From contig NC_068981.1 of NCBI RefSeq assembly GCF_001194135.2, positions 106,898,205-106,962,204 on the forward strand: a stretch of 64,000 nucleotides of DNA, given 5' to 3'. A model generated the notes under the pieces. That model saw only the letters and a list, made by a program, of their open reading frames with translations. It did no database searches and was not told where the DNA came from. The first letter of the stretch is position 1. Each line of letters begins with the position of its first letter. This DNA is from Octopus bimaculoides (lineage: Eukaryota). Of the stretch, positions 49,561-61,855 are shown piece by piece. A program made the translations under genes and the position numbers.

Positions 49561-52500
49561 AATGAAGAATCCTCTATGGAATTAAATTACCTGCAGGGCT
49601 CTGGCATGGCCACAGCCTTAGGGCTGAAATGTATAAAAGAGTAAAAGAAAAACAAGGAATTTCTCATTATCTTGTAAAACAATGAGATGTAGGCCTTTAT
49701 TTTCTTTATTAGATTTGTCTGTAAAGAGTTATGCCCATGGCCTTTGAACCCCAACCAAAAGACTGTACAGGGAAAGAATTCTTGCAAGCTGATGTTCTGG
49801 GAAGGAAGGACTGGGTGTAGTGGTTATTGTAAAGCCTCATTGGGTGGATATGAGTGATAAGAGAACCAGGGAAGTTAGGAGGACAACAGTGATGATATCA
49901 CAAGACCAGTTTGCTCTAAAAAGCTTCTGCAGTTGCAATAGAAAAGACAGAAGTTGGATTGTGTTAGTGACTTCATGAGTCATTCTTTTTGTTTTTTCTT
50001 CTTTTTTATCAGTTGTATAATTCCTGTATATGTAACAGTACTGTCATACTAGTTGGGATAACAGTTCTATATTGTTGGTCCCACTCTGACCACTACATTC
50101 AGTTTCTCTCCACGTTTATATATTTGTATATCTAGTTTATATACTTTAAAGTGACTTATTACTGACAGGTAAGCAAACACACACACCACTGAGAGAGAGA
50201 GAGAGAGAGTTAGTTTAACTGTGGGTCATTATATGCTTTGAGCTGCATTGCCAAATGCGTTCTTGTTGTATATGCTGTTGTGTGTCCCCATCAATATGAT
50301 ATAACTTCCTGGTACACACATTCTTTATTGGGGCTTTCTTCATTGCAAATATTTAGAGCAGGCTCCCAGCAATGGATTATCATAACCAAAGGGTGCATCT
50401 GGATAATTTTAACCAAAGAATCTAGAAAACACTTTGTAACATAGCAAGAAAAATGACAAATAATGAATGAACATTTTTCAAGTTCAGTAGCCAGTTTGGA
50501 AACTTTGGTAATGATGCAAGACTTTGCTGGGTATAGTTACTTAATTTGTATAAAGAATAACCAGCCATAGTATCAAAATGCTGCTGTACATGTGTTGGAT
50601 TACTTGTTTTAGTTTAAAGAAAATATTATGAAATGACCCAATAAGTGCATCCCTATAGGAAAGGCTGTAGGATTCAATAGGTATCTTTTGATACATGTAA
50701 GAGCTATAAAACATGGAATGCTGTGCCCTAGTAAGTTCTGCTCAGCTTGTTTCAAATCTGTATTGCAGTGTAGTATCTAAATTTAGTCTTATCACTCAAG
50801 TGCACACATTATTCACTCATTAACAGCTCTATTGTGCACCATGGAACACCTCTGCGCGAAATGTAGCATTGCAGGTGAGAGACCCACATGCTTGTAATCA
50901 CTTCTCTGATACCACAACTAATCCATTAGCCTCTTGCTTTAACAAGTCAACAAGGTTCCTCTATGCAGTCAGTTGACCTGCTAGAAATAGTTGACAAATC
51001 TTTCCCATTACCCTACCACAGTGAATAATCTGAAAATACAATTGCATAATCATGGCAGATTTGCTTTTGATCATAGGTCTACTCACTCAAAGCTCACTTG
51101 GGGCCAAACATCAACAGCAACACAACCCCCTTTTTGTTCTTTGTTTCCTTTTATACTTCTTTTGCTTTATTTTATCTTACATTTTTTTCTCTGTTCACGA
51201 CCTTTTTATGTTTTTTATTACTCTCCTACATCAGCTTGTTGTTCTGTGCCTTGCAAACTGTCCAAATCAATGTCCTCTCCACATCTGTCAAAAAACACAT
51301 GCATAGTCAACATTTGTACATCAGCTCTGACATGGGAACCATTGTGTATGTGTCAGTATATACTTGCATGTACACATGTATTTATACATATGCTTTAGAA
51401 AAGGAGCGAGAGAGAGCTTTGTTAATCTAACTGTAAATCTTCTTAAAATAGAAGAATTGTGTTCAATTTTTCTTTTAGCCAGTTTGAAAATTTCAAATGT
51501 CTACTTGGTGAGCTTTTGTCAGTGCTTCACACAACCATTTTTAGCATATTTAATTGCCTGAATGTTATTCATGAGTTATATTAAATGAATTATCTGTAAA
51601 ATACCATTATAATATCCAACCTCCTTGAATATGTCACATATAACACATCTGTTATTTTCTAAAAACATCCCAAGTATTTTTCTCATTTTTTTTTCTAAAT
51701 GTCAGAATTTAAAGAAATTTATGGATGTAATTTTGCATTCAAATTATCCTAACTTAATAAATTACAATAAATAAAAAATGTATGTTCAAAAAGAGCACAT
51801 TATTGAACACCTCAAAAGTACATATTTATTATTTTTGAGTGTATTTAAGTTTTCATCCTTTATATTGCAATGAGAGTAATTGTTGTAAAAATATATTCTT
51901 CCTTCAAAGAAAAAGAGCTATATATCTTGCAATATTTGCCATTCAGTAACATTGATTTACTTCAACATTAACGGTTACACCTAATATGTTTTCACAGTGT
52001 ACTACATTTAATCTAAATTGTGCCATTTGATGAGAACTTTGGAAACAATCTTACAGTAGAATTGCTGATTCCTCAATTGTGTAGCAATAGACAGTTTAAG
52101 ATATTGCCTATTCAGCTCTGTTGTAAACAATAAAAAGAAAGAAAGTTGATATATTGTTGCTTTTGGTAAATTTTAATGCAATAAGGGAATCAATTGGATT
52201 GAAAACATGCAGTGTGTGATTATCAGCTATCATGAAAAATACATGTGACAAGTTTCTTAATGCAGATATCATATAGTAACCATTGCAGTTATCTTCTTTC
52301 CAGTTATTTATCAGCATATTGCTGCCTATAATGGAAATGGAAAGATTATTAAAGTTACCCTTAGAGACATCCATGTCAATGAGCTGATATTACAAGAAAT
52401 GAAAGACAATTACTAACAGAAATCATGTAGAATGAGCTAAATAAAATGTCAATTGTATAGAGAAAATCATAATGTTAAATTTGGACTTTAAGCTGTGTAC

Positions 52501-52959
52501 ATACTTCGCACATTTAAAAAATATTTATAAAGGAGAAACCTATATCATACAATAGTTAGCATCAAGACTATCTCAGTTGACCTTTCTCTTCTCTCTCATC
52601 ATAATCTGCATCTCATTTTCCAGAACTCAAAATTGAATCTTTCTAGAACTTTATCTCTGCCCACATTTTTTCTACTGTCAACCCCTAATCCATAAGAATT
52701 TTAGTTTTACCGAGTCACTCCTGTTCCCTAGTCTTAACAAATGTGAGCCCTGCTCTAATTTTTAGACTGATAGACTCACAAATCAATTGCAATGTATGAA
52801 TGTTTCAGTCTGATCAAAGGAGTTATCTCTATCTGTTCATTGAATTCCAATCTAAATCACTAAATATTGCACAGACATTTGTAATCTTAATACAAGTAGA
52901 ATGATTGTGTGACAATACACTGAACTCACTGATCATTGGTATAGCCATCAACTTTTGTA

Positions 52960-53090
52960 TCATATACAGCATGGCTTAGGTTGACCCTAGGCTAAGGACA
53001 AGCATATTTGCTGATGGTGTTGTGCAGTGGAATTGAACCTTAGTCATCATGATTGCAATGGAAACTTCTTAACCACTTAGTGGTGCACCA
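52960..53090 (-). mobile_element. Degenerate SINE S1 head
   Basis: GCAGTGGAATTGAACC...AACTTCTTAACCAC. Confidence 0.45.
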
Positions 53091-53735
53091 GCGTTCTGTC
53101 AAATACAATTGACTAAGAATTGTTTGATATTAGCCATTACTGTTAATAATATTTCTTTGAAAATCTTACTGTTTCACTGATACTAGAGGGTTTTTGTTTG
53201 GCTTTTCACTTGCTGATACCTCCTTTGCAAGCATTCTCTCAGGATCATATTAAAAAAAAAAAATCAAAATGAAAGCCTGTCTACATGTATGAACTTGTAT
53301 ATACCTTGCAGTAGGAGATAAATCACACTCTCTTTTATAGTCTTGCTTCAGCATTTAACTTATCCACACGTTGCATGCTGCTTTTCATAAATACTGTTTA
53401 TGACTTAGTTAAATATAGTTGGTAGATACATATACATTTAAAAGTAAAAAAAAATATCAGCAGTTATTGCCAACACAGTCTAGCAAAGTTTTAGAAACAT
53501 AGATATTACAGTACTGTGATTTTATAATCGATGCACAGAACAAACAGATTAGCCAGTACTCTTAAACCACCAATCCTGATTGACTGACAATATAGGCAGT
53601 GTCTATTCTATATTAACTGGCTAATATAGAATTGCAAACATATTTTGCTCGTGTAGGAAGCTGGGATATATAAAAATATATATGTGTGTGTATATGTTGT
53701 AGATAGATAGTTAAATGGACAGATATATTTAAGTT

Positions 53736-53782
<47 letters not shown>

Positions 53783-54454
53783 NNNNNNNNNNNNNNNNNN
53801 NNNNNNNNNNNNNNNNNNNNNNNNNNNNNNNNNNNNNNNNNNNNNNNNNNNNNNNNNNNNNNNNNNNNNNNNNNNNNNNNNNNNNNNNNNNNNNNNNNNN
53901 NNNNNNNNNNNNNNNNNNNNNNNNNNNNNNNNNNNNNNNNNNNNNNNNNNNNNNNNNNNNNNNNNNNNNNNNNNNNNNNNNNNNNNNTAAATATAATCTC
54001 GTTTTTTCTTTTCTTTTTTTACTCTTTTAACAGTGTGGAAAAGGAGGAGCAAAGAGATAGAGGCAAAGAGAGGAAAATCTCAGAGTGATTTAAAATTAAA
54101 ATTAGGCTGAAATACAATTATTTTTTTTATTTTCATTATCTTTAACAGTGGAGAGAAGGAGAAGAGGAGACATAGTGATAGGAAAAGGGAAAATCTCTTG
54201 CATGTTTCAGTTTTCATCTGCGAAATTTTGGGAATATCTTGAGTTCTTTATTTTTTTTCTTTCCAGTATGGATTCACTTTGTGTGAGGTTCTTCATCTAG
54301 ATACATTTTACATTTGCTCTACACACAACATACAAGCCCTTGCATGTCCTTTTTGAGTCATATTTCCTTGTTACATATTTGATTAAGATGACAGGATCAA
54401 TATCCTATTTATTCCATCTCACCATGACACTTTGCCATCACTTTTGTGACATCA

Positions 54455-55292
54455 AGCCTACTCAAATGCTCAGGTGAATCATTAGAAGTAGTAGATAGCT
54501 TCTGTTACCTAGGAGGCCAAGTTAGCAATCGAGGAGGGATTTCTGAAAATATAATTGCTAGAATAAGAACAGGCTGGGAGGAAGTTCAGAGAGCTTCTAC
54601 CTTTGTTGGTAACTAAGGGCCTCTGCCTCAGAGTGAAAGGCAGATTGTATGATGCCTGTATATGTATGTCCAGCTATGTTACATGGCAGTGAAATGTAGG
54701 CTTGAAAGAAATGAAGCTAGCATGCTTTGCTGGATGCGTAATGTCAGTTTGCATGCATGACAGTGTATAAATGATTTAAGAAGAAAATTGGGTATAAGAG
54801 GCATCAGATGTTGTGTGCAAGAGAGAAGACTGCACTGGTTTGGCCATATGATGCATATGGATGAGGACAATTGCATAAAGAATTGCTGAACTCTAATAGT
54901 GGGTGAGAAAGGATCTGCAGACACTGGTCTTTGCTAAGGAAATGACTAGGAACCGGGAGGTGTGGCAAATTGCTGTACTTGGTAAGACACTTCAAGCTAA
55001 GTAAAATCACTGTCTTCCACATATACAGGGTTGTCCTTTCAGGTGCTGATGCCACTTAAAAGGCACTCGTGCCATTGCTGTGTTAATGCATCTTTGCTAG
55101 TGCTGCATAAATGCACTCATGCTGGTAGCATGTAAAAAGCATCCAACACACTCTGTTAAGTGGTTGGCATTAGGAAGAATAGCCAGTCATCGAAACAGGA
55201 AGTTTGAGTTTGGACAGTTCCCTGCTAGCCAGCCCCATGTCATGTCATCCAACCCATGTCAGCATGAAAAGTGTATGTTAAACGGTGATGAT
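54455..55292 (+). mobile_element. 5'-truncated RTE-A LINE (RT C-terminus plus 3' UTR)
   Basis: LEVVDSFCYLG...ARIRTGW..FRELLPLLVTKGL.LRVKGRLYDAC, then RRLHWFGH. Ends GTTAAACGGTGATGAT. Confidence 0.9.
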
Positions 55293-55316
55293 ATATATGT
55301 ATATGTGTGTATGTGC

Positions 55317-55359
<43 letters not shown>

Positions 55360-55703
55360 GCCCTCATATCGTTAGACAATGTGTGTTAACCTTTGTTCTA
55401 TAGGCTCATAATAACCCTGAAGAAGTTCTGCCTTATATAGTTAAAAATGATACTATTCTTGGCATATAACTAAATGCTTAGAATTGCATATCAACTAGGG
55501 GCTAGAACTGAAACATATGTATTTTTTTTTTACCTCTCCCATTTTCTTTTTGAGCTTTACAACTTATAATTTATTTGTATTGTTAGTTTTAAAAAAAATT
55601 TCAACATTTTTATATCATATAAATAAATTATTCATACATCCCTCTTTCTCCATTTTCTTTCTTTCACTATATGTATAGTCCAAATATTAAGTCAATGAAA
55701 TTA

Positions 55704-56029
55704 TTTAACACATCTTTAATGATTCATTACAATTGTTTCTGTGCCAACTCTGCTTGCAACATCCATTTATGCAAAGATTTGAAGTGAAAATATATCTCAC
55801 ATTTATGGTTTTATACATTAGAGAGGCACTTCCAATATAAGCCAAAAACAATGTCTGGAAGATGCACAATGTAACAGCACACCTTAAATGCAAGTCAGAT
55901 GAGGTGCCTCTCTAATGTCTAAAACTGCAAACAGTACATAAATTTTCACTTCACTTTTTTGCATAAACTGGCATTGCAAGCAGAGTTAGCACAGAAACAA
56001 TTGTAACAAATCATTAAAGATGTGTTAAA
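55704..56029. mobile_element. Foldback MITE with ~127-bp inverted arms
   Basis: 55704-55830 is the reverse complement of 55903-56029, with a 72-bp spacer. Confidence 0.85.
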
Positions 56030-56241
56030 GGATTTCTTTAATCCATCTTATTATTAGGATTATAATTTACTTCTCGCCAAATCATCGTGAAACAAGGATT
56101 TTCTTTACTTGAAGAATTCCAGCATTAGTCTGGGACCCTACAGTGTTGATAGCCCAGTATTTGGGTGCTTCTCTGGAAATACCCAACTTTACACCCGACC
56201 AGGACCTAAGATGTGTGTATCTATATATATATATATATATA

Positions 56242-56330
56242 CTTTATTTAAAAGCAGCAGAAATATAACAAAAAAACCGTTACTCTGAGTAACGGTTTTT
56301 TTGTTATATTTCTGCTGCTTTTAAATAAAG
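56242..56330. repeat. Perfect 44-bp inverted repeat with a 1-nt spacer
   Basis: 56242-56285 and 56287-56330 are exact reverse complements. Confidence 0.97.
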
Positions 56331-56430
56331 CATATTACTCTACCTCTGGTATTTGAGTACTCTTTTTTCCACCTTGTTGCACATTTCATGTGCTTACTCC
56401 GGTATNNNNNNNNNNNNNNNNNNNNNNNNN

Positions 56431-56469
<39 letters not shown>

Positions 56470-56690
56470 GCGTTTAACAAAAGACCCAAACAAGTGGGTA
56501 TACCAATATGGAAATGGCAAATGCCCTCTTAACTACAAAATGACAATGGGGAAATCGTTACTTAAGAAAGCTTTTAGGTTTTCTTCCACAAATGAAACAC
56601 GAGATAATGAAATCCACACAATAAAGCAAACACTAATTAGCAATGGATATTCAAATAGATTGATGGAAATAGAAGGAAATAAATGCAACA
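56470..56690 (+). mobile_element. Penelope-like element RT C-terminal fragment
   Basis: KCPLNYK...KSLLKKAFRFSS...DNEIHTIKQTLISNGYSNRL matches the P..YK...L..RA...S....E...I...L..NGY thumb region of PLE/GIY-YIG RTs. Confidence 0.75.
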
Positions 56691-56943
56691 AATATGTTAG
56701 GCAATACTCCTACAAAAGATACACATATCACACACAAAGTGAATCAAATACACACCAAATATAGGTTAAACACTTTATGAAACCTCTTTTAAAATAAAAC
56801 AAAATACTTCACACCAAACCACAAACTAACACTTGTAATATGTTGCAAAAATATTAAGATAAAAAGAAAAACACTTTCTTATTAGCTTTACACTGCAAGC
56901 ATGTGAACTTGAGGGCAAACTTAAAATGAACAATTTAATTTAA

Positions 56944-57141
56944 CCTTTTAGGATTTGAACTAGCCATACCAGACTCGAATATTCTATCCTGTTTATGATA
57001 AAACCAGTCACATCAAGCCTCTCACTCCTACCCTACAATGTCATTTTGAAATCTCAAAGCTACAAGATAATACATAATTAATTCAAAACAATGTGAATCA
57101 CTAAGCATTACATTTGACAGAGTTATCTGAATGCTAAAGGA
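56944..57141. mobile_element. piggyBac-type MITE
   Basis: TTAA-CCTTTTAG ... TCTGAATGCTAAAGGA-TAAA. Same family as 59236-59461. Confidence 0.85.
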
Positions 57142-59235
57142 TAAAAATGAAAGTGACAAACTTCACTATTCTAACTATTTCATTAGTCAGACAGCTACAA
57201 CACTCTTTCATAGGCTCACCATGCATTTAAAATGAGAAACAATTGCACCAAATGGCATAATGCTTAGCTAGACAAGAAAATATTTACAGAAAATACTTCC
57301 ATACTTTGTAGAATTTCCCTTAGAAATAAACAATTGTCTATGGAAGCAATACTTAATATTGTAACTCAACGCAGTGTACAACATGTCACAAATGCATATC
57401 TGATGAAATAGAACTCAAATGGTCTGATAGTCAAATTTGGTGAGAATGTCTGTATAAGCATGAGCTGCCCTGTAAAAAATATAGCTTGGAAGCAAAAGCC
57501 ATTCCACATCATGGAGATGAGGATAATGTAACCTGGAAATGAATTTCAGAACTGCATTAATATGAGAAACATATGTAGATATAAGAAAACTATTTGAAAG
57601 AAAAACTGTTCCCCATGCATGTGTGAGTGTGTATGTGTGTGTCAGTCAGTGGCGGTCTGAACCAATTGATAAATAGGCATTTATAAAATATGTACCAGAT
57701 ATTCAAGCCAATCATCCAGCATAACTGCTGTGCAGTGATTGGAGCTAATAAAAGAATAACATAAAAATTGAGGCAGGTGTCCTATATAATTGTAGCTCAA
57801 TAAATAAGAATATTGAAACATTTGAAATAAATTTTGATGGTTCAGTTGATTGTCAAGAAAATTTGTATATTCTAAAGTATGGCCTCTGAAAGCTTACCAG
57901 TGAAAACTTTTGAGATGGTCAAAATACAAAGTGCTAGTTTGTAGTCCAGTTATATACCTATTGATATCTAAAAGTTATATATATATATATATATATAAGC
58001 ATGATTTTGTTTTATCATTACTAAGCAAGCTCAGTGACTGTTGTGTTTTCATTTTAAATTTAAAAGGAATTCAAATATTTTTTTTTTTATGAGATCATGC
58101 TATATCGCTTCCTTTCTATTTTTATTATGAAAACCAGTTTTGTTGACTGAAAAATGTTTGATTTATTACAGAAAATATAAGTGGAAGTGTCAGCTGTTGA
58201 CGAAATTTTCTATATCTCTGTTCTCTGGTATCACAAATCTGTAAGAACAATGACTGAAGTTTCTGTAAGTCGGATTACACTGAATAAGATGACTGCTCTA
58301 TTATTAATCTCATATTCAAAGAATAATTTCTTGGTATTTAATACACGTTATTGCTGGAGGTGGTAGACTGTGATAGCAATCAAAGTATATTCAGTAGATG
58401 TGTAAAGTGTTTTGTCAGGTTGGGTGTATAAGTGACAAGGAATGAATGATTATATTGAACATGTTATTAGCATTGATCTGTGGGTTCGTAATCTATCTAG
58501 GAACTTTGACTTATAACAATAATAAAGGGTAACCTCACTGCTGGTTTAGTGTTATTATGATTGACGACTCTTTTCTCATGCATTCTTAGCCATATGGTGT
58601 TACTACAGTTAGATTTTAATCCAACCCTTTTAACATTTAAGTATATTATTTGTTGATTAATGATAAACTTTTCAAGGTAAGATAAAGAAATTTCGATTGC
58701 GGTTTTAAGAAACACAAAGAAAAACAGAAGACATTTAGTTGATTGATATTATCAATACAAAATATAAAAGAATGATAGAGTTTGCAGAAATGGCATTGAG
58801 AGCCTTAAAAGTATTTAATTTTATCTCTCTACATTGAAAATCCAAAACTTACTGGGGTTGATTTTTTTTTCCTTTTTTAGCACTTTAGTATTGATAAAAT
58901 GAGCACTAAATAGATTCAGATGTCAATTTGACCAACAATGTTGCTCCCTGCCAACATATGATCTTGCATCAATAGAAAAAAGAATATATATATTATTCTG
59001 AAATATATATGTTATAGGATTAACAGAAGTAGTAGAGCTCTGGCCTAAATGATTTCATCTCTAAAGTACTGGGTTGACATCTTACCAGATATCATCACAC
59101 TTACTACTGGAGCTCTCTCTGACCCATATTTAAGAGTGATACAAATTCTAAGCTTTGTCGTAGATGGGGATCCTTCCTGGTTAATGCACATTCTTAACAT
59201 AGCAAAGAGTGCATCATAAAATTCTTCAGCTTCAA

Positions 59236-59461
59236 CCCTTTGGCATTCAGATTACTCTGTCAAATGTAATGCTTATGTATTATTTATTCACATTGTTTTG
59301 AATTAGTTGTACATTATCTCATAGCTTCAAGATTTTGATGGTACGATCATTTATTTTTAGATTACAATGTAGGATAGGTGTGAGAGGTTAGATCTGTCCA
59401 GTTTGAACATAAAACAGGTAGAATATTTGGGCCTGATATGGCCAGTTTAAATGCTAAAGGG
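59236..59461. mobile_element. piggyBac-type MITE (226 bp)
   Basis: CCCTTTGGCATTCAG ... TTTAAATGCTAAAGGG. Flanks TCAA and TTCA are each one change from TTAA. Confidence 0.9.
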
Positions 59462-59779
59462 TTCAGTACTGTCACTGTAAGTTAGCCATTCATCTCTATG
59501 GGATTAATAGGTACCAGATTAACTAAACTTGACCATGAAAGTTAGAATTGATTGTATTGTTGACATACTAGTTTGAAGATGTATGATCTTATATCAGCAC
59601 ATAAGTGTTAAAGAATTACCAACTCTCTGCAAAGTCCATTTGAGACCTCCAATGAATTATTGTTGTTTTATACACAGATATACTAGGCTGTATCCATAGA
59701 AAAAACAAAAAAAAAAGATTCCTATTTGGTTTATTGAAAGTTACTCGCAAACACACTCCAACCTCTGGCACACAGTCAT

Positions 59780-60070
59780 ACTGCCTTCAGTCTCTATCTT
59801 TTCCACTGCAACAACAATAGCCTCTGCTCTTCAGAGCAAGCTGCTTTTATACCACTTCCACTCAGGCACTCTCACTCCTCATCGCTCCTTTTCTTATCAT
59901 CTATATTGTATAATGCCATGGGCCCCACACTGGCCACTCTGTTCACTCCTTTCCCATAATGTCTACACTCTGAAATTTTTCTCCCTGAATATGTTTTTCT
60001 TGCAACCACTGACTTGAAACTATTCAAGAAGAATATTATTGATGTTGCTCTCACTGGTCCTGAGGGACAT
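59780..60070 (+). mobile_element. CR1-type LINE 3' end
   Basis: HSFPIMSTL*NFLPEYVF...DLKLFKKNI (cf. SFFP.T..LWN.LP..VF....L..FK). Confidence 0.65.
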
Positions 60071-61569
60071 GCAAAGTCCATCGACACAACCCCTTTCCTC
60101 AGACTAATCCAATTAAAAAAAAATGTGCCACGTTATTTGTAATATGTGTTCAATTATCTGTAAGGTGTGTTTGATTTTAAAAAATTCATTTTCTTGTCAT
60201 TATATTAGAATTGTCAGAATGGTTTTATGTAAACTTTATGGACATCTATGTATTGCTGAAAATTCAGTTTGCATTTCCATACTTCTCATGTGAACCACTC
60301 AACTGTAGAGATGAACGGAACCCATATGTCAGCTATTCAGAGTGAGACAAGTAGAGCTATGTGCTTTCTCTTAGACATAGCACATAAGCAGTTTTAAAAA
60401 GAGAAAGAAAAAAAAAAAGAATATCTGAGTCTAGAAGCAAATGATGTTTCCATTAACCCAGTTTGAATTAATATGACAAAACTGATGTAGTTGGAAAGAA
60501 CTTCCAATTTGAGAGAAGACTTGTTAGACATTTTACTCATTTTACAGATGTCATTAAATGCTGGAGATGTTTGAAGCATATAGCTTTCCAATAAATATTA
60601 CATCATGGTTTTCAGCTTGGCTTTAAGTCGATAATGACTAATGTCAAAGGTGTAAGTTCTTCATTTAGTTGTTTTGACTGCAAAGTGAAGTACATAAATA
60701 TTTTGAGTGCCACATATAATGCAGTTTACATTTCCAATTCTCACTTAAATTAAAATAATGGAATTCAAGGACATAAGTATTGGCCTGTTCCAGCAAGAGT
60801 CAATTCAATAAAAAGTGAAATGATGAGGTATGCTAGTATACCACAAGAAGAAATATCTAACATATCACTCAGGTAGTTTTGTTTTTCTTTAAGGGAGATG
60901 AAAGTAACTATCCAAACATTAAATATTTGTTTTGCTTTCAGCACTCTTCCGTATCTCAATTTCTGTTTCTTCTTATCTATGTTAAAAGAGTAATATACAT
61001 ATATTAATAAAAGTAGAGTCACAAGGCTTTATATTACTTGGAATGAGAAGGCCATGTCAACATTTCAGGCTTTAGAATAATATTTTACATATTAAAAGTT
61101 TACAATAGGAAAGTTGTAATATTCTTGTCTCTCCCAAGGACAATAAATGATCTTGTCAGAATAGTTACTTCATGTAGCTCACACTGGTTATATGACTAAC
61201 AAGTACATCTGGTCTGTAATTCACACATTTGTCATTTAGTATAATTTCCTGAAGAAAAAGTGAAATTTGGCTTGAGTATATAAGGAATCTACCTCAAATT
61301 TTTGTTATGACAGTGATTTTTATTATATTTTCACTAACCTGAAGAAATGCCTGTCACTTGAATGTAGTAACATCAACGCAATACAATCACTCAACAGTGG
61401 TAATATTGGAAATAGTTCTTATCTCTGAATGAATCATATAACTTGAGTTTGCATAATTATCTGCTCTCAATCAGTATCAAATAACAAGTATAAAAACATT
61501 AGATAAAACTACTGATTTTTGTTACAGTATCCAACAAAACAAACTAATTGCTAGAACACTACAATTGAT

Positions 61570-61855
61570 GTTGTTGTTGTTGGCACTCCGTCGCTTACGA
61601 CGTCAAGGGTTCCAGTCAATCTGATCAACGGAACAGCCTGCTCGTGAAATTAACGTCCAAGTGGTTGAGCACTCCACAGACACGTGTACCCTTAACATAA
61701 TTCTCGGGGATATTCAGCCTGACACAGTGTGACAAGGCTGACCCTTTGAAATACAGGTACAACAGAAACAGGAAGAAAGAGTGAGAGAAAGTTGTGGTGG
61801 AAGAGTACAGCAGGGTTCGCCACCATCCCCTGCCAGAGCCTCGTGGAGCTTTAGG
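61570..61855 (-). mobile_element. SINE S3, head missing
   Basis: Homologous to 30818-31180. (GTT)n tail. Ends at GGAGCTTTAGG, where RTE-A UTR sequence begins. Confidence 0.85.
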
